From: Perkinsela sp. CCAP 1560/9
Lineage: Eukaryota > Protista > Euglenozoa: Kinetoplastea
Length of the DNA stretch: 64,000 nucleotides
Direction: 5' to 3'
NCBI GenBank assembly: GCA_965644495.1
Contig: CBFFSA010000020.1
Location: forward strand, 62,001-126,000
Under the pieces are notes generated by a model. It saw only the letters and a program-made list of their open reading frames with translations. It made no database searches and was not told where the DNA came from. The translations under genes and the position numbers were made by a program. Shown in pieces: positions 58,433-64,000 of the stretch; the first letter of the stretch is position 1, and each line of letters begins with the position of its first letter.

Positions 58433-59440
58433 TTACTTCTTTCGCTTCCGCAGTTTCCTAGGTTCGTAGGGCACATAATTTATGTGTTCCTTGAGCAAGT
58501 CGCGACTTACACCAGTTTTCTCGACAACTTCGCATCCCTCACTGCACCAACATTTATTCAAATGGTCAATCTTTCGGAGAGACGCATTCACCCCAGTATC
58601 AAAGTCGTACTGCGGCTCTCCAGCCAACAGTCCGTACGCCAACACAGATACCATCTGAACAGCATCTTTGATCCAGGAAAGATCATGATCTGTTGCCCAG
58701 AAAAAACGAAACTTGTCCACATGGGCAAAGAAACGCTCTACACGAGAGCGCACTAATGCGAGCCTCTCGTTGACGCGTAATTGATCGTCCTCAAGCATTC
58801 CCTTGTTTGGAGTTTTGTATGGGACCAAACAATGATAACAACCAACATACCCCAGGTCGGCCAGAAAGATTTCATCTTTGTGATGCTCAAAGAGGTATGT
58901 TCCATGAGTCATCGTGTCTTGATAAATCCTTGCATCGTGCACACTTCCAACTACGGGCCCACGAAAAAAGATAGGAACTCCGGCCAGTGTGAGCCAGAAT
59001 TCAATTTTAAAACAGTGTTCTCCGTTCTTCCCAGAGTAAGTCGAATTCTTCCGTTTAACAGTCTGACTACGGGGATCAAATTTCATATGAGGTTTTTTTG
59101 CTCGACAAGGGATGGTGGTAACGTCTAGCATACACGTCACGTCGCTAAGCCACGGGACACCATGACGAAATCTCAGCAAAGGATTCATCAACGAGGGTGA
59201 ACGATACAGGTCCGCGATGCGATGAAAATCCTCGTGCAGGGTTCGCACGGAAACTGGGGGATCCTCTGGCCCCGTCCATATGACTTGCAAATCACTCAAT
59301 TGTTCCCAAGAACAATTCAGTGCACATAAGCAAAGGGAAGACTTCAACCTCCTTAGATCAGTGCTTGTTACGTTAGTTCCATGCACCGCTTTCTGTTCCG
59401 CGTAAAATTGCGCAAGCTGTTCTCGGGTCACGCCATACAT
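58433..59440 (-). CDS. DDE_Tnp_4 transposase, 335 aa, intact
   Basis: LDVT/ADLGY/VE triad (D-39-E); basic C-terminus RKLRKRKK. Confidence 0.92.
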   Translation of the reverse strand: MYGVTREQLAQFYAEQKAVHGTNVTSTDLRRLKSSLCLCALNCSWEQLSDLQVIWTGPEDPPVSVRTLHEDFHRIADLYRSPSLMNPLLRFRHGVPWLSDVTCMLDVTTIPCRAKKPHMKFDPRSQTVKRKNSTYSGKNGEHCFKIEFWLTLAGVPIFFRGPVVGSVHDARIYQDTMTHGTYLFEHHKDEIFLADLGYVGCYHCLVPYKTPNKGMLEDDQLRVNERLALVRSRVERFFAHVDKFRFFWATDHDLSWIKDAVQMVSVLAYGLLAGEPQYDFDTGVNASLRKIDHLNKCWCSEGCEVVEKTGVSRDLLKEHINYVPYEPRKLRKRKK

Positions 59441-59671
59441 GAACGCCTCTATGACAGTACTAGCTATGAAATTGAACTATGTTATGCTAAATATGTTATG
59501 TTATGTTACGGGCTAGAGGGTAAAAACACGACTTGTAGATTAGGTAAAATGGTATTTGAGGTGAACAATAAACATCCGCTTTGACACACTTAAAACCATC
59601 ACGAATAATAAGCAGAACTTAAAATATTATCTTCTCTCTTTCACCTTCAACTTTTCCTCAACGCGTCCTTT

Positions 59672-60346
59672 TTAGTTCAGCCGCGGGAACGAGACTACAC
59701 GGTCTGATGTTCTTATTTCTTTCGCCGTATAATAGGACGGCATGGGGACATTCTTCCCCTGATCTGCAGCCGTGGGACAAGCTTCTGGGGTCTGAGATGC
59801 TGGCTTCTGAGATGCTTCATCCGCCCCTCGTTTGAGCCGGCGACGAGCCCGGTAGGTCGCGCAGGCACGAGAACGCCTCCCGGATACAGAGCGCCACGAA
59901 CTATCCACGAAGTCTCCTACTTCGTTGTCCCGTCGAGGTGCATACATCGGGCTGAGTTCCAGGAAACTTTGGAGATCCTGGGCAGCTTCTCCAACAAAGT
60001 AAACGGCGCTCGACCGAACGTCCATAAGCAGATGCCCGCGGCGATCTACGATGTGAAGAATGGCGCGCTCCAGCATCTGTGGCGTAATGTCTATGCCACA
60101 AACGGAACGGCCCCCGTGAAGGAAACTATCCATGGTGCGATGAATGCGTTCCAGGATTTCTTCGACTTTTGCTCCTAGCTCTTCTTCTGTGATAATCAGC
60201 TTCGGAGGGGTAAATACGTTAACACGTTTCGTGAAAACCCTCTTGGTTGAAGCTAAAACAACCTCATAAATCGCCTTTTCACTTTCAACCTCCGAGGGGT
60301 GCGCAATTCGAGCTTTTAGGTCAGCATTACTCTCAATTCCAGTCAT
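59672..60346 (-). CDS. Accessory ORF of the Harbinger-like element (unknown function)
   Basis: ATG at 60346, inside the TIRs; partial frameshifted copy at 24227-24706. Confidence 0.6.
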   Translation of the reverse strand: MTGIESNADLKARIAHPSEVESEKAIYEVVLASTKRVFTKRVNVFTPPKLIITEEELGAKVEEILERIHRTMDSFLHGGRSVCGIDITPQMLERAILHIVDRRGHLLMDVRSSAVYFVGEAAQDLQSFLELSPMYAPRRDNEVGDFVDSSWRSVSGRRSRACATYRARRRLKRGADEASQKPASQTPEACPTAADQGKNVPMPSYYTAKEIRTSDRVVSFPRLN

Positions 60347-62529
60347 TGACAAGACAAAAAGATACGGAAAGCGAAATAACAAACTAAAGATGTTCAAAAA
60401 TAGTCTTACTTCTATCTACATCAAGGCCTACAATATGAGTACTCCATACACATCGTATATACGAAGTGAAAGTTCTTTTTTATTCGAATTGTGCTCTAAT
60501 CTCCATCCAAAAACTAGCATTTTCTTGTCTCTCCAAGCCAAAAGCAAACCGCGGTCTCGCGCGGTCTCGTGTGCCACGACCCGCAGCCCCTCAGGTGATT
60601 AACCAAGAGAGGATTCATGTTTCCCTGGACATGAAGTTGACTTCAGAATGAGACTAAACCTGCGAGTTAGTCATTTAGAAGGTAGATGGTAAGATCATGA
60701 GTTCGATGTTTAGAATTAGAGGTTGAGTGGCTAGATGTAGAAAAGTTAATGTTTAGAAGTTTAGAACTTAGATGCTCTGATTGTGAAGTTTGGAAGTTAG
60801 ATGCTTAGATGACGGACGTCAGGAGTTAAAGTTTGGTCTCCAAACTTTGGAGGCAGAAGTTGAGAAGTCAGCATCCTTGAGGTCTGAATTAGATGCTTGT
60901 ATTTTAGAGGTTAGACGTTTAGATAACGGATGTTAGAAGTTAGATGCTTCGAAGCCCGCCCCTGTATGTTAAGAGATTCGGTGAGGTCTGAGATAAATGC
61001 TTTGACGATGAAGCTTAGAAATTGAATGTGTAGATGGCGGATGTTAGAAATCAGATAACGCTTAATTTATCCCTTCCTCAAAAATGTCTTCCATGGAGAG
61101 CGAACTTGAAATAGAGTAAGAATCAGAGCTTGCAAAACAAATCGTTATAATATAGTGAAACGATACAGTGTAGTGCAATCGATACATTGTGGTGCAATCG
61201 ATATAATATAGCGAAACGATATAATATAGTGACAGCCGGTTTATGGGGATTACGCATCCGGCTCTCTGCACCTGCACATGGCAACCGAGCTCTCTGCACC
61301 TGGGGCCCCAGCTCTCTGCACCAGCACACCTCCGGCAAGGGCGAACACTCACTTGATCCACCCGTCGTATGCGGGAACGGACTTTGTGAGCATAATCTCT
61401 GCACTATAAGTGCATGAACAAATAACTGATTCGCATTCGCTCTATTAAAGCAATCTCTTCTTCACCTGGTCCGCCTTCTTCTTCTTCTTCGGTGTCGGTA
61501 TCAAGGGAGAATTCTTCCACGGCATCATCGGATTCAATATTTATGTTGTCGACATTTACTACTTCATGTTCTTGAGGAGAGATGTCAGGATCCATATTAG
61601 AACGATTTTTTTTGTCTAATCCATGTGCCTTCAGATCTAATGTGCCTTGCAAATCTAATCCTCTCGTAAATTAATTTGTACTTTTTTTTTAAAAAATGAG
61701 AATTCATGATTGACCCATCAAAAGAGGCTCTGTCCACGTTCAACACCCAATTCTGAGAATAGTGACTTTCACTGTAGTTGTGTGCGGGTGGCTGTTTCAC
61801 TGTAGTGCGGGGGTGGCTGGACAGAAAAGCAACACACTCATGAACAAAAAAGGTCTTGTCCCACCAAAAAAGCATACCCGCCCCCAGTAACAGAGATTTG
61901 GCCATTTGGGTCCAAAATCGATTCTATTACTGGGGGGTATACCGTAATTACTATTCTAATTTTTTCACCTCACGGTAGCTGAATACGTTTTCAATAGTTT
62001 TTAGAACTTTCATTTTATGGTTCTCCGAGGAAAGAGTCGACAAGCGCAGTCATGATCCCTTAATATTCCTCCCACCCTTCTCCATCCCACACGCTATCTG
62101 AAAATGGTAGTCCTCCACCAGATCCACCTTCAAACCTGTCTCATCCTTTGAAGTATATGTCAAACATATTTTACTTCGTTGGAACCTCAGCAAACAATGG
62201 ATTCCTCCTGAGAGGTGAAAAATAATGAGTACTCAATACTGCTACTATAACATTTTTTCCCTATCGTAAAATTTATTTGTTGCAAAATGATAATGGGCTT
62301 GCCTCTGGGCGCAACCCAAAATTGGGGAAGACCTCCTCGTGGTCCTCCCTGGCACTGCCATCTTACTGATGCTATTAACGCTGACGTAAGAACATTCGTA
62401 GAGAAATATTTGGAAGTGTAAAGGTATTTTGACCCCCCCACTTAATTGTCATAGCCTAACCCCCCCGCTTATTTGTCCTTTTTTCGAAAAACAGGTGACA
62501 AATAAGTGGGGGGGGGGCACAATACTCAC

Positions 62530-62950
62530 GCTTGCCTATGAAAGGGTTGTCTACTTGCAGTCTCGAAAAATTGAACTCAGTGGTATCTTGCTCGTGCAAA
62601 GCTGCGTTCGCAACCATGTGGAGAATTTTAGTCACAGTTCTCTGGCAAACTCCGTGATTCCGACAAATTTGACCTGTACTTAAACTATTCGCCGTATCGG
62701 CTGATATCATTAGCTTCACAAGGGTCTAATGATCGGTCTAATGATCGGCTGTCCAGGTAATGCGCAGAATGGAAAACTCTAACACGACAAGGATTACCGG
62801 AACCTTGGTCGTAATGGGTATTCACTCATAATTGGATTTTCTTGTATGTTTGCATAAATTCCGTGTCGTGCCATTCGCATTCCGGAGCATTCAGTAAATT
62901 GAGTCCCCACATCCAATCGTAGGCTTTCTCGCCTAGCGACGCAAACTTGA
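62530..62950 (-). pseudogene. Possible Merlin/IS1016-like transposase remnant
   Basis: HTH-like TGQICRNHGVCQRTV, then LQVDNPFIGKREY resembling VxxDE.xxGKRKY; broken frames. Confidence 0.4.
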
Positions 62951-63212
62951 GGTATCTCCAGGTGCGGACGCATGCGAACTCATCATCCCCCGCCCCCCTC
63001 CCACGTCCAACAAAGAGCCCATGGACTGTTGAATTCGTTCCTCCTCGTGAGTATGTTCTTTGGCATTCTGCCGGTGGCTGTGTCCTGTAGCACCATCACC
63101 GACGATCGTCTAACGCTGGACTCCCGACCTTATCTTCCCCTCCTGACGGTAAACTGGGTGAAAAATTGGAGAATAGATAAACAATCATTTTTTTCAATGC
63201 GAAAGGGGCAGA

Positions 63213-63281
63213 CGTTAGTTTTCACTGCGCGCCCTCGTTAGTTTTCACTGCGCGCCCTCGTTAGTTTTCACTGCGCGCCCC
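63213..63281. repeat. 23-bp tandem repeat x3
   Basis: CGTTAGTTTTCACTGCGCGCCCT. Confidence 0.9.
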
Positions 63282-64000
63282 AGGGCTGCGCTCACAGTTG
63301 GGCCTGCCCCACTAGGTGATGAAGCATTTTTTTGTTTTTATTTTCACACACGTTGATGAATCAACGAATTAGAGACATAGCCACTTTTTTGTTTCAATAA
63401 TCGAGGGTAGAGCGGTTGTTACAACCACCGCAATAGTGCCCTATGCAGGAGTGGAGGTTTGAGGGGTGAACAAAACTTCCGTTTTTTCCCTTTCAGAAAT
63501 TTCTGTAATTATGAGAGATAACTGTTTTCATGAACTGTAAAACGTATTTTAACTATTTTTGTTCGCTTTGTATATGCGACCGTGCTACAGCCATTTTGCG
63601 GGCAGGGTGTAGAATTATTTCCTTTTCTGCGACCCAATCGCAATGGCGAGATGAGATGTATTTTATCTACAGAGCAAATGGCCACGCAAAAGGGTCGTGT
63701 TAATCTCGTGGAATAATACAACTTATTTTGACACAACTTGTTTTTTCTATAAATGATATTTTTTGTTGCCTTCGGAGACCGGTACCATTTGGGGTGTCAA
63801 ACCTCCCACACGTACTACCAAAGCGTCGAAATAATAATAAAAGCCATGTAGCACCTTATCGCCCCGTATTCATGAAATGTTATGACTTTTATGAGTTATA
63901 CTCCTATGAGTTTGTAGTTCGTTGACATCTATACCATCATAGAGACGGTAGTACAAGAAAAGTCCACGAGAAGGCTGTTGAAATACGGTGGAATACGAAT

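Larger units (their letters stand above)
58197..60590 (-). mobile_element. Two-gene Harbinger/ISL2EU-like transposon, apparently complete
   Basis: TIR GGGGCTGCGGGT at both ends (flanked TGA/TCA), CGCGGTCTCG subterminal repeats, two co-oriented ORFs. Confidence 0.85.

Noticed and set aside
60600-61060. Degenerate GTTAGAAGTTAGATG-type periodicity
   Set aside because: Too degenerate to define a unit or function by eye

Overview
Eukaryotic, intron-less, repeat-saturated nuclear DNA, most likely from a kinetoplastid or close euglenozoan. This is inferred from a kinetoplastid-type rpL44/eL42, a protein resembling the Trypanosoma ATP synthase subunit ATPTB6, and CRE/SLACS-type retrotransposons. 1-19.5 kb: a ~2.28-kb tandem array carrying tRNA-Ser(TGA), hit at several different positions by non-LTR retroelements. 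These are two near-full-length CRE-clade RT+RLE elements, a third cut by the window edge, and short TSD-flanked inserts, one inside the tRNA itself. 19.5-48 kb: nested DNA transposons (pogo, Tc1, Harbinger/ISL2EU-like), a hairpin-ended ~930-bp repeat ('X', Helitron2-like ends), and an IS30-family (DD33E) transposase. The IS30 inverted repeat always sits at the same base of repeat X, and its IR + HTH-only 5' end is amplified 9x in tandem. Four cytosolic-type LRR genes, rpL44 and the ATPTB6-like gene (3' end amplified 8x) are the only host genes seen. All calls were made by eye; no searches were run.
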